IMG/VR virus record: IMGVR_UViG_3300028392_000054
Span: 17,730 to 81,729 of that record
DNA length: 64,000 bases
Reading direction: 5' to 3' (one strand)
Source of the DNA: a virus
Positions within the stretch are counted from its first letter, which is position 1. Every line of letters begins with the position of its first letter. Positions 16,942-26,175 of the stretch are shown here, piece by piece. The notes beneath the pieces are model-generated. The model was not told the origin of the DNA and made no database searches. It saw only the letters and a program-made list of their open reading frames with translations. The translations under genes and the position numbers were made by a program.

Positions 16942-17207
16942 TACCCCCAAAGGAATTTAACAACAATAATCCAGTTGCAGATATTCCATTGTTGGGGGCA
17001 GCATTTCAAGGATTAGCTGATGCGTTTAACGCTTTAGGCAACATTGGTGCAGATTTACCTCCTGCTGTGCGAGCAAAAGCACAGAAAGTGGTTATTTCGG
17101 CCATTATTGTTACACAAGTAGCAACACAAGCTGCATCTATGGCTGCTCAAAGCGCAGCAAGTGCAGCATCAAGTTCATCAAGTTCTAGCCGAAGGAAAGA
17201 AAAATGA
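16938..17207 (+). CDS. -1 frame C-terminal extension of the PA14 protein (hydrophobic anchor)
   Basis: frame open from 16914 with no SD-led start; slippery T TTA AAA at 16932-16938 plus downstream hairpin. Confidence 0.65.
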   Translation: MIPPKEFNNNNPVADIPLLGAAFQGLADAFNALGNIGADLPPAVRAKAQKVVISAIIVTQVATQAASMAAQSAASAASSSSSSSRRKEK

Positions 17208-17368
17208 AGTTTTTAAATGACCTTATAGGCCAAATATGGACTCTTTTAGGTATGTTTGTAGCCTGGGTTGTACTAGAAGGCTCTGCTAAGGCGGTAGTTG
17301 GCTGGTGCATCATAGGTTCATTGGTTATATGGATAGCCACGTTCCCCCTGCGAAATAGAGACGAATAA
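17204..17368 (+). CDS. small two-TM membrane protein
   Basis: hand-translated 54 aa MKFLNDLIGQIWTLLGMFVAWVVLEGSAKAVVGWCIIGSLVIWIATFPLRNRDE; ATGA overlap. Confidence 0.75.
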   Translation: MKFLNDLIGQIWTLLGMFVAWVVLEGSAKAVVGWCIIGSLVIWIATFPLRNRDE

Positions 17369-17414
17369 GAGACAATAGAACTGTCCCCTCCAACCCTTCG
17401 AAAGGAACCCCACT

Positions 17415-17939
17415 ATGGGTAACTGGATTTTCCCGGTAAAGAAGGTCAAACTCGGATCACTATTTGGCGCAGTAGACCAGTGGCACAAAGCTCCAGGTCA
17501 TCGTGGAACCGATTATAACGGTTTCCCTGTTGGCGAGCCTTTGCTTGCTGTAAATGATGGAACAATCGTACTTAATAGACCTTTAGCAAAAAGCACCGTT
17601 CTTGGTAACGTTGTTGTACTACAGACAGATAACGGCCACTACTTCGGTTACTGCCACATGAATGAACCATCACCACTTAAGGTTGGAACAGTCGTGAAGT
17701 CAGGCGACGTAGTTGGTAAAGCAGGTAACACAGGCTCAGCGAGTTTTGGTTGTCACCTACACTTCACACTAAGCGGTTCTGCTGAAGGTGTGTTTGGTGG
17801 CAAAGTTTACAACGCTCACGAGTACATTAAAGGCCAAATTGCAAAGCAAAAAGCTGTTAAGCCAGTTGCTAAGCCAGTGGCTGCCCCGGTCCATGCAGAC
17901 CCAAAGGTTTGCCCAACTTGTAAGCAAGAGGTTAAATAA
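17415..17939 (+). CDS. M23 family metallopeptidase (endolysin candidate)
   Basis: HRGTD, YCHM, VKSGDVVGKAGNTG...HLHF; C-terminal CPTC. Confidence 0.92.
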   Translation: MGNWIFPVKKVKLGSLFGAVDQWHKAPGHRGTDYNGFPVGEPLLAVNDGTIVLNRPLAKSTVLGNVVVLQTDNGHYFGYCHMNEPSPLKVGTVVKSGDVVGKAGNTGSASFGCHLHFTLSGSAEGVFGGKVYNAHEYIKGQIAKQKAVKPVAKPVAAPVHADPKVCPTCKQEVK

Positions 17940-18307
17940 TGAAAGCACTTGGTAATTTAATTAAGCGCACTATTGGTGTGGTTATGTTTGCTGCAATCCC
18001 AGGTATGGCTACTGGTGCTGCATCAGGCATTGGTCCACTACTTGGTGCTTTAAATGGTGTTGCTACTGTATTCTCATCAATCATCATTTACTTTGGTGTT
18101 CAACTAGCTTGGGATGCAAGTATTTCAAACGAAGACATTGAAAAAGGTTTCCGTGCTGCTGTTGCAAAACAATCAGCAAATGACCCTGAAGTTAAACAAG
18201 CACTAGAAGAATCAGCTGCTGAAACTCCAGAACTTGCTGACTTTGGTGACCTGACAGAACTAACAGACCATGTAGATGCCCCTGAAGAAGAAGAGCCATT
18301 GGCTTAA
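17939..18307 (+). CDS. holin-like membrane protein with acidic tail
   Basis: two hydrophobic segments, DASISNEDIEKGF; directly follows the endolysin. Confidence 0.6.
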   Translation: MKALGNLIKRTIGVVMFAAIPGMATGAASGIGPLLGALNGVATVFSSIIIYFGVQLAWDASISNEDIEKGFRAAVAKQSANDPEVKQALEESAAETPELADFGDLTELTDHVDAPEEEEPLA

Positions 18308-18316
18308 ATCTTAAGT

Positions 18317-18349
18317 AAAAACCCCCTGTTGTTTAGCAGGGGGTTTTTT
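18317..18349. terminator. bidirectional intrinsic terminator at the convergent junction
   Basis: AAAAACCCCCTG-N8-CAGGGGGTTTTT. Confidence 0.88.
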
Positions 18350-18368
18350 ATTAACTACTTTTTAGACT

Positions 18369-18923
18369 TTATATCTCATTGCCCCAAACATCCCAACCAT
18401 CCATCGGCCTACGAGCAAACATTTCAAGCTTTAATTGATTTGGGTACAGACGCTCAATTCTTCGGTGAACTTCGTCTGGCTTCCTTGAATGCTCCATTTT
18501 TGCAGCAAGGACCACGTGGGAAACACCTTCGTCTGCAAGGGGCAGGGGTCGGCCCTTCGTAACGTTTGAGGCAACAATAACAAACTCGGTTGTCGGTTTT
18601 ACGATGCTCGGGCGGACGCCCTGCGCGCCTATTGGGGTCAAGCCGTCTTTGCGAGTCTTTACCCATGTAAACGCAACTCCTCTATATGTAAACCCCCATG
18701 CTCGTAGAAGATCAATAGCAAAGTCCAGGCGAGGCGATGTTACCCACATAAAAATTACGCCAGGTTTGTTTAGGATACTTTGGATATCCATAGCTATTAA
18801 GTCTTCATCCGACATAGTTGGATAAAACTTTGCAGCAGCCCCCATCTTGTCTTGTGCGCCATAGTAAGACCATGGCGGGTCCATTAAAATAACGTCGTAT
18901 TTTTTATTAGGGAGTAATAACAT
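18369..18923 (-). CDS. MT-A70 family adenine methyltransferase
   Basis: YDVILMDPPW, FMWVT, WGFTY...FTWVK, HSRKP, KLEMFAR...GWDVWGNE. Confidence 0.92.
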   Translation of the reverse strand: MLLLPNKKYDVILMDPPWSYYGAQDKMGAAAKFYPTMSDEDLIAMDIQSILNKPGVIFMWVTSPRLDFAIDLLRAWGFTYRGVAFTWVKTRKDGLTPIGAQGVRPSIVKPTTEFVIVASNVTKGRPLPLADEGVSHVVLAAKMEHSRKPDEVHRRIERLYPNQLKLEMFARRPMDGWDVWGNEI

Positions 18924-18925
18924 CT

Positions 18926-19054
18926 TTACTTCTTGCGAACTAATTTGCGCTTGATAGCGTCAAAAATCTTTGGTCGCTTTTTTGGTGCTTTACCGTTATT
19001 GCGGCCGTCTCCGGCTTTCTTAACTGGTGCTGGTGCTGGCTTTCCTTTTGCCAT
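18926..19054 (-). CDS. small Lys-rich protein
   Basis: hand-translated 42 aa MAKGKPAPAPVKK...KRKLVRKK; AAGGAG RBS. Confidence 0.6.
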   Translation of the reverse strand: MAKGKPAPAPVKKAGDGRNNGKAPKKRPKIFDAIKRKLVRKK

Positions 19055-19063
19055 TTTATCTCC

Positions 19064-19318
19064 TTATACTTCATAGCCTGAATTAGTTGCTCGCCACACG
19101 CTAGGTGAGTGGTTTTCCTCTACGGCAGCCTTAATTTCTGGGCTGTTGTAAAGTCTTAATATATGAATACATGGGTCATCTCCGCTGTCATACTCCTTGT
19201 ATTCTTCTTCGCTCATAGGTAAGCCATCGTGAGTATGACAGATAGTAGGACCTACCCAACCTTGGGTAAGCCCAAGCCATAGCCATTTTTCAAAAGTCAT
19301 CATTTGTCCAAGTGCCAT
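19064..19318 (-). CDS. hypothetical protein
   Basis: 84-aa ORF with C-x-T-H-D-G...D-P-C motif. Confidence 0.7.
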   Translation of the reverse strand: MALGQMMTFEKWLWLGLTQGWVGPTICHTHDGLPMSEEEYKEYDSGDDPCIHILRLYNSPEIKAAVEENHSPSVWRATNSGYEV

Positions 19319-19491
19319 TAGTTTCCTCTTCCCCAGCCGCCGCCTCTAAACTGAACTGCAAGGTTTCCAAAAACCCTGGTCATCAATTTATTGCAAGCAA
19401 GGCATTTAGGTGTCTTTGCTTCTTCGTTTATATTTTGTGTAATCGTGCAAGTAGCTTCACAGTCAGGGCATTTATATTGATAGTTAGGCAT
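19318..19491 (-). CDS. FmdB-like zinc ribbon protein
   Basis: hand-translated MPNYQYKCPDC...PKCLACNKLMTRVFG...FRGGGW. Confidence 0.8.
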   Translation of the reverse strand: MPNYQYKCPDCEATCTITQNINEEAKTPKCLACNKLMTRVFGNLAVQFRGGGWGRGN

Positions 19492-19492
19492 G

Positions 19493-21076
19493 TTACACCG
19501 ACATATCTAATAGGAAACCACGAAGTGTGCCAATTGTCAAATCCACCCCACCGTTATCGTTAATACCCTCACCATCAATTACGGCTGAGGCAATTGCGTT
19601 CTTTTGCTGAAGAGCTGAATGTTGGCGTACTTCAATTGAGTTAGTAACCAGCACATCTTGAATCACAATGGTTTTCCACTCAGAAGAAGCCCTACGAATG
19701 CGGCCGTTACGCTGAGTAGCCAAACCAGAAGACCAAGGTAAATCATAGTTAATGAGCATGTTCGCCGCCGGAAGGTCCACGCCATAACCACCGGCGTCAG
19801 AACTAACGAACACACGAATAGAAGGGTCGTTATTGAGAGCATTTTTATGTTTTTCCTTTGTCTTAGCGTCAAGTTGTCCTGTATATGTAACACTGATGTC
19901 ACGCCCAAGGCGGTCAGCAATGATATCTACCATATCTACATAGGTACAAAATACTACTAGTTTATTATGTTCATCCTGTTCTAGAAAGTCTTTAGCGTAA
20001 CTTACAAACGCCTCAAGTTTTGGGCTAGAAAGTCCTTCTAATAACTCTTCTTCATCTAATTGAGCAGCATAAGCAGAACCTTCACCGTTACCGTTTCTAA
20101 ATTTTTTTGCGCTTACTTTAAGAAGTTCAGGAGAACAGGTAAGCATTTTAAGACAACCTAATTTAGACATAACCTGCCCGCGTAGTTCATCTGCTGGGCC
20201 ACCCCATGACTTTTCAAAGCCATAATGAGCTAATACGTTAAAAGAGCTTCCAAAAAGCGTTTGAGCGTTATCTAAATCCATTAGCAAGTCATCTGAAATA
20301 CGTTTATATAACTTAGCTGTCTTTCGGTCCATCATTACAAATATTGGATCTTTATGTATTGTGTCCGGTAAAAATGGAGCAACGTCAGGGTCTTTTTGAG
20401 CTTTACGAACAGACGCTGTCTTCATGCGCTCATGCAAGGTAGATAGATTGCGATAGCGGTCTACGCCACCCCACGCGTTACGAACAATAAATGTCATGTC
20501 AAACTTATCAAATCGCCCCAAAACGCTGTCATCAACAAACTGCATGATGCTGAATAGTTCCTCTGGCTTGCCGTTTTCTACTGGGGTTCCAGTAAGAGCA
20601 AACCGATATTCGCAAGTAGCCAGTTTCTTAACAGCCTTGGCACGCTTTGACTTAAACGACTTGATAGCAGTGGCTTCATCTAAAACAATAAATCCTCTAG
20701 GCAACTTGCTTACAGAATCCCAGTCGTTTACTACTTGCTCATAGTTCATGATTACGTAATCGATTTTAGAAGTTTTCCAGCGCATCGCACGGTCATATTG
20801 CTTTTTGCGCTGCTCTGGGTTGCCGTCAATAACGATTGAGTTTGAGCCGTTAGTAAACTTAGTAATAGAAGACTGCCATTGGTATTTAAGGCTAGATAGG
20901 CAAATTATCAAACCTGGCTCAGTTATATTGCCTTCATCCATTAATTCTTCAATAGCCGCAATCGTCAATACGGTTTTACCAAGCCCTAAGTCATAAGCAA
21001 CAAGCATCTTGCCGCGCTCAATCATCTTATCAACAGCCTCTGGCTGATAAGGAAGCAGCGTTCCTACGAATCCCAT
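19493..21076 (-). CDS. SNF2/SF2 helicase
   Basis: LLPYQ, DLGLGKT, VLDEA, LTGTPVEN, GGYGVDL, QRNGRIRR. Confidence 0.92.
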   Translation of the reverse strand: MGFVGTLLPYQPEAVDKMIERGKMLVAYDLGLGKTVLTIAAIEELMDEGNITEPGLIICLSSLKYQWQSSITKFTNGSNSIVIDGNPEQRKKQYDRAMRWKTSKIDYVIMNYEQVVNDWDSVSKLPRGFIVLDEATAIKSFKSKRAKAVKKLATCEYRFALTGTPVENGKPEELFSIMQFVDDSVLGRFDKFDMTFIVRNAWGGVDRYRNLSTLHERMKTASVRKAQKDPDVAPFLPDTIHKDPIFVMMDRKTAKLYKRISDDLLMDLDNAQTLFGSSFNVLAHYGFEKSWGGPADELRGQVMSKLGCLKMLTCSPELLKVSAKKFRNGNGEGSAYAAQLDEEELLEGLSSPKLEAFVSYAKDFLEQDEHNKLVVFCTYVDMVDIIADRLGRDISVTYTGQLDAKTKEKHKNALNNDPSIRVFVSSDAGGYGVDLPAANMLINYDLPWSSGLATQRNGRIRRASSEWKTIVIQDVLVTNSIEVRQHSALQQKNAIASAVIDGEGINDNGGVDLTIGTLRGFLLDMSV

Positions 21077-22011
21077 TGTAAAGCTCCTAATCCGTTTACA
21101 GAGTGCTTAGCTGTAAGTAGCCCATAAAGAATTTCAGTTCTGCTCATAGCACCTACATCTTTCATATCCGTCTGGCCGTAGTTAAAATACCAAGCCTCTA
21201 GATTTTGCTCTAGCATCTTTTTAGAAGAGTTAATTCCAGATTCGTCATTATCAAATGCAAACACAATCTCATCTGCTTCTTTTATTAGTTCTAATTGAGT
21301 ATTAGAAATCATTGAGCCATAGGTAGACACTCCACCGGGGACCCCGATTGACTCTAATCTTACCACGTCTAACGGAGACTCTACGATAATCATGCGTCCA
21401 CCTGTGTACTTATTAAGGCCGAACAGCGTTGTGGATTTTTCTACACCCTGTGGGTAGTTTCGGAAATAACGGCGACTAAAGCCTTTCTCCTGCCAACCCA
21501 ACAATTTATTTGAATGCGGGTCACGGATTACGGAAATCCAATTTGAGTGCGCTGTATCCCAAAGTAACTGATGTTTTTCTGCCGCTTGTAAAGTAAACCC
21601 GCGGGCAGTTAATGCGTGCTGTGGTGGATATGTGAACAAGGCAAGCCTAGACTCTGTAATAGTCGTAACTTCTTTAAACACCGACTCTTGTTCTTCTTCT
21701 TCATGCGTACCTAGTTGAATGTTATCGAATGATAGGTATAACCAGTCTTTAGCGTCTGCGTAATCTAAGAAACCATTAGCATCTCGTAATCCTTGTGCAG
21801 TTGCAATAAGAGCCCATAGGTTACCCTTAAACCCGCAAGAAAAACAAATGTGTGCGCCTGTGTCAGAGTTAATCCACCAAGATGGGCTACGATCTTCTTT
21901 ACCCGTAATCTCTTTATGGCCTGGACATAAAGCAAGTATCTCTGAGCCGCGTGCATTAACTGGCTCAATATCTAAGCGTCTTAATACGCTTTCCATCTCT
22001 TCTAGTCTCAT
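21064..22011 (-). CDS. DNA primase (CHC2 Zn finger + Toprim)
   Basis: CPGH...CFSC, IIVESPLD, FAFDNDESG, KDVG. Confidence 0.88.
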   Translation of the reverse strand: MRLEEMESVLRRLDIEPVNARGSEILALCPGHKEITGKEDRSPSWWINSDTGAHICFSCGFKGNLWALIATAQGLRDANGFLDYADAKDWLYLSFDNIQLGTHEEEEQESVFKEVTTITESRLALFTYPPQHALTARGFTLQAAEKHQLLWDTAHSNWISVIRDPHSNKLLGWQEKGFSRRYFRNYPQGVEKSTTLFGLNKYTGGRMIIVESPLDVVRLESIGVPGGVSTYGSMISNTQLELIKEADEIVFAFDNDESGINSSKKMLEQNLEAWYFNYGQTDMKDVGAMSRTEILYGLLTAKHSVNGLGALQWDS

Positions 22012-23234
22012 ACGTCGTCGCTTGTCATTTCGCGGAATAAACCGCTAGACCAATCCCACATTAGGGATGCCTCTACGTTAGCGCTGTTACGAGCAGCCAT
22101 AACCTTTAGGGTTCTAGTATCATCTACGTTTTCATCTTCGCGCTCAAGACCAAACACGACATCTGCGTCCTGTAGGAATGAGGATGAGTAACCGATTGAG
22201 TCAGTAGATACCTTACCCTTTTTGGTTTTCCAGTTAAGCGCCTGTGTAGTAATAACAATAGGCTTATTAGTTCTCTGAGCTAGACGTTTCAAAGAACGAG
22301 TAATACCAGTCAAAGCTTGTGGGGTGTTTGACTCGCCAGTCTGTTCATCCATCATTAAATACACACCGTCAATAAACACGACATCTGGGTTAAGCGTTTG
22401 AATTTTGCTTTGGATAGATGACACGGTAATACCGTGAGCGGCATCTACAAGCCAGAAGTTTGTAGGGTCATCCGCCATAGTCAATAGGGCATCTTGGAAT
22501 CGTTTTTCTTCTTCTTTACTTAACGTACCTGAGATAAGGCGGTTATGTGAAACAAGCGCACGCATTGAGTCATAACGATTTTGCTGTTCACGGTTAGTCA
22601 TCTCAAAAGATTGGAACATTGGAGATAGGTTTTGCTTATGTACGTTATTGGCAATCTGCAAAGCCAGTGTTGACTTACCGGTCTTAGGTGTAGCAACAAT
22701 TACAATCAGTTGGCCATTCTGCAACCCATTAGTTACGGTGTCAATTGTAGGAAATCCGGTAGCGACTCCCAATAGACCTGGGTTATTCTTACGGAATAAA
22801 TAATCTTCCCAGCGTGACTCTGTGGTTGTAATCAAGTTGATATCGGAGGTTTTGTTCAAACCTTCTTCTTCAAGCTTTACAAGACCTCCCTGCATCAAAA
22901 GTAATGCGGCTTCATGGTCTTTCTCAGTTTGAATTGCTTCTACGGCAAGACGTAGCGTGTTGCTAATAGAAAGTTTACGACGTTTGTCTACAAGGTCATC
23001 AAGTAGAAAATCTATTGAGTCAGTTAGTTCCGCTACACGATATGTAGGAAAGTTTGCTGCAATTACTTCTTCGCTAGGACTTTCGCCATACTTAGCAAAG
23101 TGAGTCCGTAAGTAGGTCCATACACGTTTGTCTTCTTCGTTAGAAAACCACGAGTCTGATACACCGCGCTCAAATAACGGGGATAGGTCGCGGACACGAA
23201 TGGCCGCACCAATTAGTTTTGTTTCTGTACTCAT
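22008..23234 (-). CDS. dnaB: DnaB-like replicative helicase
   Basis: GVATGFPTID, ATPKTGKS, SFEM, VFIDG, LKRLA, QDADVV. Confidence 0.9.
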   Translation of the reverse strand: MSTETKLIGAAIRVRDLSPLFERGVSDSWFSNEEDKRVWTYLRTHFAKYGESPSEEVIAANFPTYRVAELTDSIDFLLDDLVDKRRKLSISNTLRLAVEAIQTEKDHEAALLLMQGGLVKLEEEGLNKTSDINLITTTESRWEDYLFRKNNPGLLGVATGFPTIDTVTNGLQNGQLIVIVATPKTGKSTLALQIANNVHKQNLSPMFQSFEMTNREQQNRYDSMRALVSHNRLISGTLSKEEEKRFQDALLTMADDPTNFWLVDAAHGITVSSIQSKIQTLNPDVVFIDGVYLMMDEQTGESNTPQALTGITRSLKRLAQRTNKPIVITTQALNWKTKKGKVSTDSIGYSSSFLQDADVVFGLEREDENVDDTRTLKVMAARNSANVEASLMWDWSSGLFREMTSDDV

Positions 23235-23638
23235 AATGAAGGAAAGTCCATCCCCCATCGACCATACCGAAGTAGTCGCGATGGGATATCAATTACACCG
23301 ATAACCTCTGGTCGATAAGGAAGTTCTGCAACTAACTTATCTACCGATTTGTAAGACGAGCCGTAACGAAATGGGTTCGTTCCAAGCTTGTCTAAGTGAA
23401 GCATTAACTCTACCACTTCATCTTCTGAATGAGTAAAGCTAATAAGCTCCATTGTAATACCGCGTTTAAGAGTAGTCATATACAAGTGGCTAAGCACCAT
23501 TCTGTTATATTCCTTACGTCTTTTTTTAACTGGTACAAACCCAAGAACTTTTCTATTGTCCTCGTAAACATCTACAATTACATCAGCAGTCACTATAACA
23601 CGTTGCGGTAACGAATTGCTAATGTCATTCCCTTGCAT
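23231..23638 (-). CDS. hypothetical protein
   Basis: 135-aa ORF coupled at both ends. Confidence 0.7.
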   Translation of the reverse strand: MQGNDISNSLPQRVIVTADVIVDVYEDNRKVLGFVPVKKRRKEYNRMVLSHLYMTTLKRGITMELISFTHSEDEVVELMLHLDKLGTNPFRYGSSYKSVDKLVAELPYRPEVIGVIDIPSRLLRYGRWGMDFPSL

Positions 23639-23958
23639 TAGTAAATCTCCACTTTAGCGTGTTTAATTATGAAGTCTCTAAATGTTTGTTCGGTCCTCAT
23701 TGCAACTCGTATTTGTTCTGTGTTAACTCTGTCAGAAAAATCAAATGGATACATTCCCCCACCTTCTTCAATTCTGCGCTCTACTAACGCTGTGTGTTTG
23801 CAACTATCTTTGGCAGCAAACCCTGGACAATTACATGACAAATATTTATCTGGAGTAGTGTTTACTTCAAAAATTCCTGGACCTGGACTGTCCGACCTAT
23901 GGCTAAGAAATATTTGTAGCAGTCGTTTGTTTTCTGGTGCGCTTTTTCCTGGGGCCAC
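23638..23958 (-). CDS. SWIM zinc-finger protein
   Basis: LSCNCPGF...CKH. Confidence 0.75.
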   Translation of the reverse strand: MAPGKSAPENKRLLQIFLSHRSDSPGPGIFEVNTTPDKYLSCNCPGFAAKDSCKHTALVERRIEEGGGMYPFDFSDRVNTEQIRVAMRTEQTFRDFIIKHAKVEIY

Positions 23959-23959
23959 G

Positions 23960-24652
23960 TTACTTCCTCAAATCCGCAGATGAATCCATGTTCACGTAAA
24001 TAAAAGCCTCGTGAACAAACGACTGAGTAGCAGACCCATAGTGAGCCTCCCAATCGTCCATCTTGATATTGGTGGTAACTATGGTAGGCAAACCATTATT
24101 GAAACGTGTACGAAGAACGTGATGAAGCATATTCTTCTGCCAGCCTGAAGCACTTGCGTGCTCTTTACCTACGTCATCCAAAACAAGGACTCGTACGTTA
24201 TACGCATCATCATAAGCTTCACCAAGAATACCGTTGTAAAGCAACTCGTCATCGCTCTCGTGGTCTTCCATGATTGCGCCCTTAAGGTCAAGTAACCCGT
24301 TGTAAGTGATGAAATAGCAAGGGCGCGAAACTGTCTTGCCTGGCTCCATACCTAGAATTTCTGGAGCTGCTTTACGAAGCACTTCTTGAATCAAAGTATT
24401 AGCCATTGTGGTCTTACCGCGACCCGGAAGTCCATAAAGCATTAAACCAAGACCACAAGTTTGCTTACCTTCGGCTCGGATTACCTTATCTGAAGTTACT
24501 GCGGAAAACCACTTAGAGACGGCCGTCATTACGTCCGCAGAGACGTCAGAACAGTCCTCAAGGGTCCAACCAAGCTTGGCTGGGGGTATACTCGCAATCT
24601 TCACCCAAGTCCGCCTACGGGCCGGCAAATCGTTTGGCTTATACATTTTCAT
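23960..24652 (-). CDS. DnaC/IstB-like AAA+ helicase loader
   Basis: GLMLYGLPGRGKT, LVLDDVGKE, RFNNGLPTIVTTN. Confidence 0.88.
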   Translation of the reverse strand: MKMYKPNDLPARRRTWVKIASIPPAKLGWTLEDCSDVSADVMTAVSKWFSAVTSDKVIRAEGKQTCGLGLMLYGLPGRGKTTMANTLIQEVLRKAAPEILGMEPGKTVSRPCYFITYNGLLDLKGAIMEDHESDDELLYNGILGEAYDDAYNVRVLVLDDVGKEHASASGWQKNMLHHVLRTRFNNGLPTIVTTNIKMDDWEAHYGSATQSFVHEAFIYVNMDSSADLRK

Positions 24653-25511
24653 CCTCGTCTAGCAAAGCAAGCTTACGGTTAGTTAGCTCTTGGTCACGAA
24701 TAATGTTCGTTTCCAGCTGCTCTACCGTGATGATACTCTCACGAGCCTGCATTAGCAAGCTGGGGGCTTTGTAGAGGAAGGCTCTCCATAGATGGTTCCC
24801 GTCGGTGTACTTCTCGGACTTGAGGGTGCTGAAGAATAGCTCGATAATCTTGAGCTCCACTTCACCGTTCGTATCATGCTGTTTCCGGAATACCGAGAGT
24901 GCCTGTACAAACCGGGACTGAGTGATACTGAAGGGTTTGATGGACCAAATATCGGCCATGCGGTCCCCAAATTCGTATGCAACGTCTTTGCATGTCCAGT
25001 CTGATGGAGCAATCTTGGAGCGGTGCTGGTCTTTGCGTTTTTGCGCCTTAGCCTCGCGAACCTCCACGTACTCGGCTTTCTTCTGCGCCAGATGCTTTGC
25101 GCGGTCAACCAGAGTATCGTCATCTGGAGACGACATCTTTTTAAAGTACTCATAACCCACTTCTTTTTCCTTCCCCTCGACCTCGTCGAGGAATTTATTT
25201 GTAGCTATATTAGTAGTACTAGCTGTATTGCTATTAGAAATATGGCTTACTAGCTGTACTGCTATATGGCGATAACCTGATATGACCGATTTGGTCACGT
25301 CAGACATTACCACTTTAGTTTTAGTACCTGCACCAACTATTCTAGTCATTTTGATGCAATTTGCGTCTCGTAGCTCTTGTAAAACAACCAAGCTTTTGCG
25401 TCTGCTCAAGCCCTTGTGTTCCATCAGGGTACGGTGATTTATTATAAGAGTTGGATTTAGGTATAGGAAAGCTAGGCAGTCCTGTGCCTGCCGACTAATA
25501 TTGATAGACAT
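24639..25511 (-). CDS. putative replication initiator protein
   Basis: N-terminal HTH-like region and S/T/N linker carrying DNA repeats; directly upstream of the DnaC-like loader. Confidence 0.6.
   Translation of the reverse strand: MSINISRQAQDCLAFLYLNPTLIINHRTLMEHKGLSRRKSLVVLQELRDANCIKMTRIVGAGTKTKVVMSDVTKSVISGYRHIAVQLVSHISNSNTASTTNIATNKFLDEVEGKEKEVGYEYFKKMSSPDDDTLVDRAKHLAQKKAEYVEVREAKAQKRKDQHRSKIAPSDWTCKDVAYEFGDRMADIWSIKPFSITQSRFVQALSVFRKQHDTNGEVELKIIELFFSTLKSEKYTDGNHLWRAFLYKAPSLLMQARESIITVEQLETNIIRDQELTNRKLALLDEDENV
25217..25265. repeat. 18-bp direct repeat pair (candidate iterons)
   Basis: TACTAGCTGTATTGCTAT (25217-25234) and TACTAGCTGTACTGCTAT (25248-25265). Confidence 0.55.
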
Positions 25512-25512
25512 G

Positions 25513-26121
25513 CTATTCCTTGATGATGCGTTTAAATTCTTTAGCAAATGATCGGGCAAAAATCTTACCCATCTCTGACATTAGCACAACCAAATTTTCT
25601 TCTAAGTCGTACTCGCTGTCATATGCTTCATCTTCTTCATCATCAGGCAAAGCTTCTTTAATAGCTTTAATTGCCTTTTCATCAGGAACAGTCTCCTCAG
25701 TTACTTGAGTCTCTACCACAGGCATTACAACTCGTGGGGGACTTGCAATAGTTCCTTGGCTTAAGGGTATTAACATAAGACCGTTTGTAAGGTCATAGAC
25801 AGGGATATTGTGTTGCTGAGCTATTGCAGCGGCGGCTTGACATTCTGAGTCGTCATCATCCCATAAGGCAAAGAATCTAAGTTCTTCCTTAGTATTATCA
25901 ACCAAAAGTTCTTCATAATTATTCCTAGAATAATCAAGAATTGGTAGTTCTTTATCGATTGCGTATTGATAAGTCCATTCGACTCCATCAGACTTTTTTT
26001 CATTATATACAATAGCGATAGTTGCTTCATCAACTGAATCTACAACATCACTAATAAGGGCCTCTACGTTAGCCCGGGTTGTTTTACCATTACCCATAAC
26101 CGCGATGGTTACTCGTCTCAT
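25513..26121 (-). CDS. hypothetical protein with acidic C-terminus
   Basis: 202-aa ORF, strong AGGAGG RBS; first gene of the replication operon. Confidence 0.75.
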   Translation of the reverse strand: MRRVTIAVMGNGKTTRANVEALISDVVDSVDEATIAIVYNEKKSDGVEWTYQYAIDKELPILDYSRNNYEELLVDNTKEELRFFALWDDDDSECQAAAAIAQQHNIPVYDLTNGLMLIPLSQGTIASPPRVVMPVVETQVTEETVPDEKAIKAIKEALPDDEEDEAYDSEYDLEENLVVLMSEMGKIFARSFAKEFKRIIKE

Positions 26122-26147
26122 AATTACCTCCTATGAACGGAAGTATT

Positions 26148-26175
26148 AGTATACAGAAGAATTAAAAAACGTCAA
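26148..26175 (-). promoter_or_regulatory. sigma70/SigA-type promoter of the replication operon
   Basis: TTGACG (26175-26170), 16 bp, TATACT (26153-26148). Confidence 0.65.
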
